This document shows positions 1 to 7,247 of a DNA stretch of 26,226 bases, in pieces (positions within the stretch are counted from its first letter, which is position 1; every line of letters begins with the position of its first letter). The stretch lies in the IMG/VR virus record IMGVR_UViG_3300037782_000075, positions 1 to 26,226 of that record; one strand, written 5' to 3'. Both the position numbers and the translations under genes were made by a program. This stretch comes from a virus (lineage: Duplodnaviria > Caudoviricetes). The notes under the pieces are model-generated. The model saw only the letters and a program-made list of their open reading frames with translations. It was not told where the DNA came from and did not search any database.

Positions 1-1176
1 ATTGCGGGCTCTATGGCGATTTACTTCGCTGTGAAGGGCATGAAGGCGTGGCGTAACACGTTTTCGGTCTTGACCTTCATTGCGGCGCTTATCCTCCTGC
101 TTCACGCCTATGGCATCGCTGCGAAGATTATGCAGGGGCAGTATGACGCGGATGCGGCGATTGAGCAGGTGGCAACGGTCAACACAGACGCCATTGAACA
201 GCAAATCGCGGACTTGCAGCAAGAGCGAGCTGATGTGCGCGCTGATACGCAGGTTACGATAGACACTTATCAGCAGTCTATTCAGAACATTACGAGCGAT
301 GGGCTTGATAATGATTCAGAAGCCCAAATCTACGCCATAAAGCAACAGGAAGCGCTAGAGGCGCGTGATACACGTCTAGGCGAGATCCGCAGCGAGATTG
401 CAGCGCTTCGCTCTGAAAACCGTTCTGTGTCCTCTACGGCGACACAAGCGCAAGCGGACTCTGACAGCTTTAATCCGCTCTTCGTATTCGGCGCACGGTT
501 AAGCTCTGGCACATGGAACCCGGCAGACTCGCCGCCTGACGTGCATAAATTCATTTGGGGCGTAGCGTTTTTCACGTTGTTCTTCGGGTTCGGTGAGATT
601 CTTATGATGGTCGCATTTACGGGCGGCTATGCGGCTCTGAAAGTGGTCAGCGAGCGCAAGACGGCAGAAGAAGAAGCGAATGCGCGTTCTGAGGCGGCTA
701 AAAAGGGTTGGGAAACCCGCAAGGAAGCTGAAGAGGCGGAGCGTGAACAGCTCAAGATTGACGATGGTCCTTATTGGGCTCTGAAAATTATCAAGGCCCT
801 GAACAACGGCATGCCGAGACGCACAGTCAAGGGCACCATGCGGACATTCTTCTCAAATATGGAGCCCGCTGAAGTCAAGCTGCGCTTGAACCGTCTCATA
901 GATGCCCGCCTAGAGCTGCCAAAGGGCTTTTACAAAGACGGGAATGGCGACGTTAAGCGCGCTGACAGAGCGATTGAGCGGGGCTTTCTGAGTGAAGACC
1001 GCAAGACATACCTGATGCAAGAGCACATCGATTTCATCCTTATGGAAGGCGATTACGCTCCGAAGAAAAAGGCCGATGATGAGCCAAAGCCCAAGCAGGA
1101 AGTAAATGGCGTTGACCATTCAACAGATTTGACCATCACAGAGGGCACAGACGATGCTGACAGACCACAAGCTTGA
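1..1176 (+). CDS. Membrane protein with coiled-coil domain, probably 5'-truncated, function unknown
   Basis: Frame is open from base 1. Hydrophobic segments (TFSVLTFIAALILLLHAYGIAA; FIWGVAFFTLFFGFGEILMMVAFTGGYAAL) flank a Q/E/A-rich coiled coil, followed by a charged C-terminal domain. The end overlaps the endolysin start. Confidence 0.75.
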   Translation: MAGSMAIYFAVKGMKAWRNTFSVLTFIAALILLLHAYGIAAKIMQGQYDADAAIEQVATVNTDAIEQQIADLQQERADVRADTQVTIDTYQQSIQNITSDGLDNDSEAQIYAIKQQEALEARDTRLGEIRSEIAALRSENRSVSSTATQAQADSDSFNPLFVFGARLSSGTWNPADSPPDVHKFIWGVAFFTLFFGFGEILMMVAFTGGYAALKVVSERKTAEEEANARSEAAKKGWETRKEAEEAEREQLKIDDGPYWALKIIKALNNGMPRRTVKGTMRTFFSNMEPAEVKLRLNRLIDARLELPKGFYKDGNGDVKRADRAIERGFLSEDRKTYLMQEHIDFILMEGDYAPKKKADDEPKPKQEVNGVDHSTDLTITEGTDDADRPQA

Positions 1177-2287
1177 AGAGTTTCTCTTCATAAGTGAGGG
1201 CGGTAATCGCTCGCCTGCTTATGATGATTTTCAGCCTTGGAAAGAGCTTCAACCGGGCGACGAAATCAAAGGCACACTCACGCTAGGGCCAGGCTTCACG
1301 CGCCACGCAGACGGTTCGCCTATCCAGATCGGTGACACAATGTCGGATCAGGAGGCGTATGAACGCCTTCGGGCCTATATCCGCGATGAGATCGAGCCTG
1401 TTCTAGAGGATCTGATTCATGTGCCGATTGCGGTGAGCATGGCAAATGCGCTTGGCTCACTGGTTTACAATTTCGGGGCGACAGAGGTTTACGGCTGGAA
1501 GCTATGGGGCCGGATCAATGCGGGCGAGCCTGCAATCAATATCATTAACGAATGGATCGACGGCACGTTTTTAAGCAAGGGCGTTCCGATGCTTGGTTTG
1601 TGGCGGCGGCGGTTCAAAGAGCTTGCTTTAGCGTTCGGGGTAGACTGGCGCGCTGGCGAAAATGTGGATTGGGAGCACAAGCCGGACCAGTTTCTTGAGA
1701 TGCTGGGCTGGGATGGCACCATGCCTAAGCCTGAGCCGATTGTCGATGAAGACCTATTCAAAGAGCTAGAGATACCAACTCGCGGGGCAGACGAGATGAC
1801 ACGAGAAAAGGGCGCAGATCCTACGCCTGAGACGCCTATCACAATGGATGACGCACAGTTTCTGTCAGCCGAGGCGGCAGGATATGAAGGCTCTTATGCG
1901 GATTTCATGTCTCACCGCACAGTTGTCACCACGCGCAACGCTATCGAAGCGCCTAAGATCGATGTGAAAAAGCCACCTAAGCCGATGGAGGATAGCAAGA
2001 CGCATCGCGGGCTTGCCAAGAAAACATCGGGCAAGGAGGGGCGTGACGTGGGCGCTATCTTGGCTGGGGCCGGATCGGTTGCTGGGGCTATGAACAGCCT
2101 TACAAAGAACACGGCTCAGACGGTTGAGAACACTCAGCCGCTGGTAGCGGGTTTCACCCTGAATCACATTATCATTATGGCGATGGTGCTGGGCTTTAGC
2201 CTGTTGGTCTACGGCGCATGGCGCATGTATCGCGGCGAGATGATTGCGCGCGAGGGGCGTCAGGACGGAACACAGTTGAAGGTGTAG
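1154..2287 (+). CDS. Endolysin, GH24 lysozyme domain with long linker and C-terminal transmembrane segment(s)
   Basis: GH24-type motifs SEG...YDD...GTLTLGPGFT, ALGSLVYNFG and GLWRRRFKE. Hydrophobic C-terminus (HIIIMAMVLGFSLLVYGAW). Lies directly upstream of the spanins. Confidence 0.85.
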   Translation: MLTDHKLEEFLFISEGGNRSPAYDDFQPWKELQPGDEIKGTLTLGPGFTRHADGSPIQIGDTMSDQEAYERLRAYIRDEIEPVLEDLIHVPIAVSMANALGSLVYNFGATEVYGWKLWGRINAGEPAINIINEWIDGTFLSKGVPMLGLWRRRFKELALAFGVDWRAGENVDWEHKPDQFLEMLGWDGTMPKPEPIVDEDLFKELEIPTRGADEMTREKGADPTPETPITMDDAQFLSAEAAGYEGSYADFMSHRTVVTTRNAIEAPKIDVKKPPKPMEDSKTHRGLAKKTSGKEGRDVGAILAGAGSVAGAMNSLTKNTAQTVENTQPLVAGFTLNHIIIMAMVLGFSLLVYGAWRMYRGEMIAREGRQDGTQLKV

Positions 2288-2291
2288 AGTA

Positions 2292-2597
2292 ATGTTAGCA
2301 GCACTTACCGGAATCGGTTCGACAATCGCAAACAGCCGCGTTGCTCAATATGCGGTGGGCATTGGCTTATTCATTGTGGGCTTCCTTTGGTGGCTTGCTG
2401 ACAGAGACGACAAATTACTGAAGAATGAGCGCTTGAAGGCCGAGCGCAAGGCAAGGATTAAGCAAGATGAAATCAGAAAGCGAAACGCGGTCAAATCCGC
2501 TGAAGTGGCTGACGCCCGTGAGTCTGCTCCTGTTGACATTCCTGACAGTGACAGCGTGCGCGACCCCAAGCTCCGCGCCGTCCTCTTCGGTGATTGA
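2292..2597 (+). CDS. Rz-like inner-membrane spanin (i-spanin)
   Basis: N-terminal TM helix (YAVGIGLFIVGFLWWLA) followed by a charged helical domain. Follows the endolysin and is overlapped by a lipoprotein gene. Confidence 0.75.
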   Translation: MLAALTGIGSTIANSRVAQYAVGIGLFIVGFLWWLADRDDKLLKNERLKAERKARIKQDEIRKRNAVKSAEVADARESAPVDIPDSDSVRDPKLRAVLFGD

Positions 2598-2742
2598 GCA
2601 AGTTGTCGCCGATACCGAAGAAGCGCTATGCACTGACCTCCGCCCGGCGCAAGTCACTCCTGAGCAGTTCGACGAAACCGTTCAGTGGGTCCGCGATTAT
2701 CTCATCGCCCAAGCTGCGGCTTGGCAGGCAAGGTGCGGCTGA
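2467..2742 (+). CDS. Rz1-like outer-membrane lipoprotein spanin (o-spanin)
   Basis: Signal peptide ending in a lipobox (LLLLTFLTVTA-C), a Ser/Pro linker and two further Cys. Begins inside the i-spanin gene in another frame. Confidence 0.8.
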   Translation: MKSESETRSNPLKWLTPVSLLLLTFLTVTACATPSSAPSSSVIEQVVADTEEALCTDLRPAQVTPEQFDETVQWVRDYLIAQAAAWQARCG

Positions 2743-2743
2743 T

Positions 2744-2815
2744 GTGTTCTTTTACCTTGCTCTTAGCTGTACCGCGCTTGGATTGGGCCTGCTGGCCTAT
2801 GAGGGTGTGATATGA
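2744..2815 (+). CDS. Possible 23-aa hydrophobic peptide (MFFYLALSCTALGLGLLAYEGVI)
   Basis: GTG one base after the o-spanin stop. Its stop overlaps the next ATG (ATGA). Single TM-length hydrophobic stretch. Confidence 0.4.
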   Translation: MFFYLALSCTALGLGLLAYEGVI

Positions 2816-3189
2816 GACGCATTCCTCCCAAAGTCGCCAAGAAGGCTAACGCACGGGTGCACAACGTCTCTAGGTGGGCGTTCTGGTTTGTCTTGTCATG
2901 GATTGCGCTTCTGGCGTGGGGCGTTTATGCCTTAATCCACATACAGGCAAACAGCCAAGCCACCCTAATCGGAAAGAGTGTTGACTGTGTTGAACGGCCT
3001 GCTTGGGATTACTTTGCTTTTTGCAACGGTTTACGGGACGGCGCTGCTTGTTCTCTTGAAAGCAGATCGCGAATGATGGAGTTTTACGAGCCCATCGACT
3101 ACGCCTGCGCTCAGACTGAACCGCAAAAACAGTTTCGGTTTCCAGTGAACCGCAAACCTGTTGAAGTGGAATACGCTGAAGCCAGCTAA
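2812..3189 (+). CDS. Single-pass membrane protein with a 4-Cys C-terminal domain
   Basis: Basic N-terminus, TM helix WAFWFVLSWIALLAWGVYALI, SD-like GAGGG upstream. Last gene before the terminator. Confidence 0.65.
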   Translation: MRRIPPKVAKKANARVHNVSRWAFWFVLSWIALLAWGVYALIHIQANSQATLIGKSVDCVERPAWDYFAFCNGLRDGAACSLESRSRMMEFYEPIDYACAQTEPQKQFRFPVNRKPVEVEYAEAS

Positions 3190-3255
3190 TTTCGCCACAT
3201 TCTAAAACTATAAGAACACTGCTCCCCTAGTGCCCCAGGGTTGAGCGTGTAGAGA

Positions 3256-3303
3256 GCTCCCGCTGAGACCTGGCTATTAGTCAGCGCTCGGCGGGGGTTT
3301 TTT
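3256..3303 (+). terminator. Intrinsic terminator ending the late/lysis operon
   Basis: Stem CTCCCGCTGAG (3257-3267) / CTCGGCGGGGG (3287-3297) with inner hairpin CTGGCT-ATT-AGTCAG, followed by T6. G-U wobbles favour the + strand. Confidence 0.75.
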
Positions 3304-3316
3304 GTTTCTCTCTCGC

Positions 3317-3514
3317 TCATCTCTCATCCTCATAAGCCATCAAAGCATCATAAAGAGACTTCGGGATTTCCTCCCATTCGTGGCCGTCCCAATCTTCAAT
3401 ATCCCAATAATATTTACCTTCGGACTCTTTGACTTCTAACCGTCCGTAATAGTTTCCAATATCACCGATGCTTCGCACCTTTGGTGCGGTCCAGCGTTCT
3501 ACTTTATCGTTCAT
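3317..3514 (-). CDS. Small acidic, Trp-rich hypothetical protein (65 aa)
   Basis: Natural-looking protein composition. Converges on the terminator and is flanked by a direct repeat. Confidence 0.7.
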   Translation of the reverse strand: MNDKVERWTAPKVRSIGDIGNYYGRLEVKESEGKYYWDIEDWDGHEWEEIPKSLYDALMAYEDER

Positions 3515-3551
3515 ATTTAATCTTCTCGCTCATCTCTTCCTCATATACTGG

Positions 3552-3716
3552 TTAGGCTGCCTCAAGCGCTTCGATCAAAGATTCCAAGTGAATGATCTCA
3601 CGATAGCGCACTTCGCCTTCCAGCGCCTCATAAATCATTCCATCAGCGGTTATATCGATCGCTTTGTTGTCCATCGCGTCCTGAAGCTCTTGAAGGTGTC
3701 TTTTGGTGAGTTCCAT
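3552..3716 (-). CDS. Small hypothetical protein (54 aa, MELTKRHLQE...IEALEAA), not in the ORF track
   Basis: Translated by hand. Strong SD (TAGGAGAG) upstream; ends in EAA* like many genes of this phage. Confidence 0.75.
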   Translation of the reverse strand: MELTKRHLQELQDAMDNKAIDITADGMIYEALEGEVRYREIIHLESLIEALEAA

Positions 3717-3744
3717 TCTCTCTCTCCTATTCAGTAGAAAATCA

Positions 3745-3943
3745 CGGTTTGCAAAGCCGCGCCGTGTTCATTGAACGTTTTCGCCCGGTTTGCAGGCGTT
3801 TTCGCTGTTTTCATTAGAAAAACAGCCGTCTCCAAAACCGAGGGTCCCGGGTTCGAGTCCTGGCGCCCGTGCCAGTGTAAACATTGCAGTTTGCGCCATT
3901 TACTCTCCCCCCTCATTTTGATCGGTTTGCAATTCGGTTTGCA
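3745..3943. mobile_element. attP: Phage attachment site attP (core plus arm-type repeats)
   Basis: tRNA 3' fragment flanked by direct repeats CGGTTTGCA at 3745, 3786, 3923 and 3935 (variant CAGTTTGCG at 3887). Adjacent to the integrase 3' end. Confidence 0.85.
3828..3874 (+). tRNA. 3' half of tRNA-Trp(CCA); att core fragment, not a complete tRNA gene
   Basis: GT-CTCCAAA-ACCGAGGGTCCCGGGTTCGAGTCCTGGCGCCCGTGCCA contains the CCA anticodon loop, the T-arm GGTTCGAGTCC and the 3' CCA. There is no D-arm or 5' acceptor strand upstream. Confidence 0.9.
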
Positions 3944-5006
3944 AAACCTGTTCTCCTGATATTCTCAAAAGCATGTCTTTTGCGACTTCATCAGCGCTCA
4001 CATAACGGGTCATAATCTCTTCTACGCGGGTCCGAGACCACCCAATTATGCGCGCAATGTCATCTAGACGCAGATTTGTCTTCGCGAGGCGCGTAACAGC
4101 CGTTCCCCGGAAATCATGCCAGCGCTTGCCGTCGATGCCTGCACGCTTCTTTGCCTTGGCAAATGACGTTCTAAGGCCGTCTGAGGTCCATGCGCGCCCT
4201 GTAGAGCTTAAAAGCACGACAGGCGAGGCTTTGGGTATCTCTGAAAGCAGTTCGCGCAGTGTGGGCGTTATGGGAATGATAACAGGCTTCTTGCGCTTCG
4301 CGGTGACGTATTGAATCGAAACGTCAGATACAGCAGACCAGGGCAGGCGGATTAGATCGCCTTGGCGAAGGCCGGTCTCTACGGCCAGCCGGATTGCAAG
4401 CTGAAGGGCAGGGTTCGACTTATCTAGAACCGCTTTTAACTCTTCATCGGTCCATATCACGTCTGAGCGATCAACTTTATAAATGCGCTCTAGCGGTTCG
4501 GTTGGGTTGGCTCGGGTAAAGCCCCGGCCACGCGCCCATGAAAACAGACGGCTTACAACCTCCATTCGCATCTGCCCTTGTCGCACGCTCGGATGAGCAT
4601 CGCGCCAATCGGCCATATCTTGTGCAATTCGCGGATCTTCGAAGATACTGGTTCGCCAATCGCCAAACTCGCCTCTGAAATCTGACAAGTGGTGTCGCCA
4701 GTCGCGTTTTGTGCGCTCTGCAAGCCCTTGCCACTCTCGAGACTTGAGATAGGCAAGCACAATGCCCGCCACATAGGACACAGAGGGGGCGGCATTAAGT
4801 AAACGCGCTTCTTGTGCTGCGGTTATCTTCGCGAGGGCTTCCGGCTCAATAAGAGCGCGCTCTAGGGCGTTCCTGGCCTTGCGCTTCGTCGTGCCCACGC
4901 CTTTCGCCACGAGCGGCCCGCCCTGATACGCATAGGCGTAATAGGCAATCTGCCCGTCTGCCAGCTTCTTAGTGGCGGTTCGCATACCTTTTACCTTTAG
5001 CTTCAC
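3900..5006 (-). CDS. int: Tyrosine recombinase/integrase
   Basis: Catalytic set recognisable: TGLRQGDL (R), TAKRK (K), WHDFRGT (HxxR), IIGWS (W), TRYV (Y). Next to attP. Confidence 0.95.
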   Translation of the reverse strand: MKLKVKGMRTATKKLADGQIAYYAYAYQGGPLVAKGVGTTKRKARNALERALIEPEALAKITAAQEARLLNAAPSVSYVAGIVLAYLKSREWQGLAERTKRDWRHHLSDFRGEFGDWRTSIFEDPRIAQDMADWRDAHPSVRQGQMRMEVVSRLFSWARGRGFTRANPTEPLERIYKVDRSDVIWTDEELKAVLDKSNPALQLAIRLAVETGLRQGDLIRLPWSAVSDVSIQYVTAKRKKPVIIPITPTLRELLSEIPKASPVVLLSSTGRAWTSDGLRTSFAKAKKRAGIDGKRWHDFRGTAVTRLAKTNLRLDDIARIIGWSRTRVEEIMTRYVSADEVAKDMLLRISGEQVLQTELQTDQNEGGE

Positions 5007-5160
5007 GCCGCTTCCTCGCTTCCTCTAAAGGGTCGATAGAAACGTTTATTTCTTGAGGTTCTGTCAATAGGCGAGCGGTCCCGTCCGGCTCCTGAATGAT
5101 TTCAGTGACCCGTAAACCGCTTTCAATTGCGATTTTGACGAGACTCGCGAGATCAGCCAT
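4969..5160 (-). CDS. Small protein overlapping the int start; candidate recombination directionality factor
   Basis: Start coupled to the upstream stop (ATGGCTGA). Xis-like position only; no clear Xis motif recognised. Confidence 0.55.
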   Translation of the reverse strand: MADLASLVKIAIESGLRVTEIIQEPDGTARLLTEPQEINVSIDPLEEARKRREAKGKRYANRH

Positions 5161-5620
5161 CGCCATGCCCCCAATCGGAAAGAGCATCACTGATCTGGTC
5201 TAGGTCTGCCTCTGTAAGCTCAATTCCCGTTGATGCCCTTGGACGCTTACCGTGCGACTTGGGGTTGGGCCGTGGTGCGCGCTTATCTTCCAGACGCTTT
5301 GCGAGCCATTGCGCCGTATATTTTGCGTCGCCTGAGTGAATCAGGTTTTCAACAACCTCGATCACCAAACCCTCATATTTGAACCACTCGCCCTTTTGCC
5401 TGTAAGGGCGCTCCAACAGCATCTGAATGAAACCCTCATCGCTGATTGTGCCCGGTGCTGTGCCTAGCAACTCTATATCATGGGGGTTATTCGCACTGAT
5501 CTGATTGAGTCGCCGCTTAACGGTCATTGACCAGCCAATCTTAACAAAGCTCTCGCATTTGATCGCGTAAACTTCGCCCATCTGATTTGTATCGTACTGA
5601 GGTTTTAGTCTATCAGCCAT
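5153..5620 (-). CDS. GIY-YIG superfamily (T5orf172/MUG113-like) domain protein
   Basis: Pattern VYAI...VKIGWS...RRL...NP...E...GEWF is typical of T5orf172/MUG113. Confidence 0.8.
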   Translation of the reverse strand: MADRLKPQYDTNQMGEVYAIKCESFVKIGWSMTVKRRLNQISANNPHDIELLGTAPGTISDEGFIQMLLERPYRQKGEWFKYEGLVIEVVENLIHSGDAKYTAQWLAKRLEDKRAPRPNPKSHGKRPRASTGIELTEADLDQISDALSDWGHGDG

Positions 5621-5906
5621 CGCCTTCACCTCCCTTGGTGAGCGCAGCGTCCTTTGTGCGCTTGTATTCTGTTAGAATTTCATGCGTGTCGTTGCAGTTG
5701 AAGCATATTACACGATCGCTGCCGTTGCCGTAGCTTGAGCTTTCCTTCGCCCGCGCAATCACAGCCTCTGCCTGCTCTAAGCGGTCCAGTAGCGAGAGGA
5801 TGGCGTTGCTGAACGAGTTCCATTGCAGTATGGACATACCGTTGCCGGAGGCGATTTGTTTCAAGCCAGCTTCAGCCAGTCGTCTCAGTTCAGTGTGGTC
5901 GGTCAT
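5613..5906 (-). CDS. Hypothetical protein with an Ead/Ea22-like N-terminus
   Basis: TELRRLAEA...ILSLLDRLEQAE resembles lambdoid Ead/Ea22 N-termini; CxxC near the C-terminus; coupled start and stop. Confidence 0.6.
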   Translation of the reverse strand: MTDHTELRRLAEAGLKQIASGNGMSILQWNSFSNAILSLLDRLEQAEAVIARAKESSSYGNGSDRVICFNCNDTHEILTEYKRTKDAALTKGGEGDG

Positions 5907-6283
5907 ATCTTGACAGTCTCCCCATTCATCTTTTTGCGGTGTGTCTTGCTAAAGCCGCGTGATTGTATCGGTTTGTAAGTGCCGTTCGCTTTGGCTCTCT
6001 GGCGTCTGGCCTGTTGTCCGGATCTGCGACCCATTCGATCCGCCTTGGCCATAACCTTTACATCCTGCGCTGATTTTTGCTTATGATGTGTCCCGCAGAG
6101 CAATTGAGCGTTGCAGAGGGAGGATTTGCCGCCCAAGCCCTGCGGGACGATGTGATCAACCTCATGCGCGGAGGCGTCACAACCTGGATACTGGCACACG
6201 TAATTAGCGCGCTCTCTCGCGAGCTTCTTTGTGTGCGCTGAGAAGTCTTTGCGCTTTCCAAGGTGGTCAGGTCTGCGGCTCAT
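5903..6283 (-). CDS. HNH endonuclease (zinc-binding)
   Basis: CQYPGC...EVDHIVP..GG.....NAQLLC..HH motif. Confidence 0.85.
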   Translation of the reverse strand: MSRRPDHLGKRKDFSAHTKKLARERANYVCQYPGCDASAHEVDHIVPQGLGGKSSLCNAQLLCGTHHKQKSAQDVKVMAKADRMGRRSGQQARRQRAKANGTYKPIQSRGFSKTHRKKMNGETVKI

Positions 6284-6621
6284 TATGCGGCCTTCGTAAA
6301 CATGCGCGCATTGCTTTGCTCAGTGCGCCAAGCGTCTATGATTGCGCTTGCGGCTGAACGGCTATCACGCGCCCTGTAATCCATTTCAGCGAGCGTTTTC
6401 TTTTGCTCAAGGTGCGCTTGATATGTCGGATGTGCGCGAGCAAAGGACTCTTTAGCCGCCTGACTTTTGCAATGGTCTGGCGCGTCATTCATGAGCTTTG
6501 CCAGAACCACTTTATCAAGGTCTGACATATGCTCATGAGCGGCTCGGGCTTTAGCGGCCTTGCTTTCAGGATCGGCAAGGATCTGCATCGCCCATTCTAG
6601 CTGTTTATCTGATATAGCCAT
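6283..6621 (-). CDS. Helical protein, possibly a UvsY-like recombination mediator
   Basis: All-helical, with SQAAKE..A.A...Y and WRTEQSN. Directly downstream of the putative annealing protein. Functional call is tentative. Confidence 0.5.
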   Translation of the reverse strand: MAISDKQLEWAMQILADPESKAAKARAAHEHMSDLDKVVLAKLMNDAPDHCKSQAAKESFARAHPTYQAHLEQKKTLAEMDYRARDSRSAASAIIDAWRTEQSNARMFTKAA

Positions 6622-7247
6622 TATGCAGCCACCGCTTCAAACTTGTTGAATAGGCGCTCATATTCGCCCTTCAGGCTCGCCTGATAGTCTTCTGGCAGGG
6701 CTTCGAGCGTTTCGCTGAACATCTCCCACCACTCGCGCAAATCGCGGCGCGTATTGCATTGGCGAAGCGGCGCTTGGATGCGCTCAAATTCTGCTTTAAC
6801 CTCGCGGTTCGTGCGCTCGCCCTGGTCTAAGGCTCCGACCTCACCGCGCGGGGTAGGCTTCGCTTTAGGCTTTGCTGCCTTGAAATCGTCCGCCTCTTCT
6901 TCGCTGTAAACGTCACCAGCAACACCAACGAGCTTTAAGATAACCCGATCTTTGGCGCGCTTCTCGGCCATTGCCCACGGATAGGCGTTCTTATTGTTCT
7001 TTGGGCTGGCCTCGCCTACTGACCATTCAGCAACATCGCCAAGGCGTCCGGTGACAATCATGGAGACCGCTGACGCGCTGTCTTGCTCTAGGATTTGGGG
7101 CTGTTCCCACTTAATCCCGATGGCTTGCGCAATCGCCTCTAGGGCTTTGTGTTTGATGCACCACGCGCCATGCGCTTGCCAGAAGTCATCCCGGTTCAGC
7201 TTATGCTCAGTGCGCAGTTTCTCTAGTTTCTCAGGCAGCTTTGACAT
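6621..7247 (-). CDS. Putative single-strand annealing/recombination protein
   Basis: Start MSKLPE at 7247 with SD GGAG. Motif YPWAMAEKRAKDRVILKL.G...VYSEEEAD resembles the core helix of RecT/Redbeta/Rad52-like SSAPs, followed by a linker and a small helical C-terminal domain. Confidence 0.55.
   Translation of the reverse strand: MSKLPEKLEKLRTEHKLNRDDFWQAHGAWCIKHKALEAIAQAIGIKWEQPQILEQDSASAVSMIVTGRLGDVAEWSVGEASPKNNKNAYPWAMAEKRAKDRVILKLVGVAGDVYSEEEADDFKAAKPKAKPTPRGEVGALDQGERTNREVKAEFERIQAPLRQCNTRRDLREWWEMFSETLEALPEDYQASLKGEYERLFNKFEAVAA

Noticed and set aside
2594-2743. 5' part of the 73-aa ORF 2594..2815
   Set aside because: It overlaps the better-supported o-spanin; only the GTG-initiated hydrophobic tail from 2744 is plausible.
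3225-3235. CCTAGTGCCCC shared with the post-capsid hairpin (22301-22311)
   Set aside because: A single 11-mer match is expected by chance in 26 kb, and the structural contexts differ.
3800-3874. Complete phage tRNA-Trp gene
   Set aside because: No 5' acceptor strand or D-arm, and the anticodon stem does not pair, so only the att core is present.
3731-3916. 61-aa minus-strand ORF (and 3771..3959 on the plus strand)
   Set aside because: WHGRQDSNPGPSVLET is the antisense translation of the tRNA fragment; these are attP shadow ORFs.
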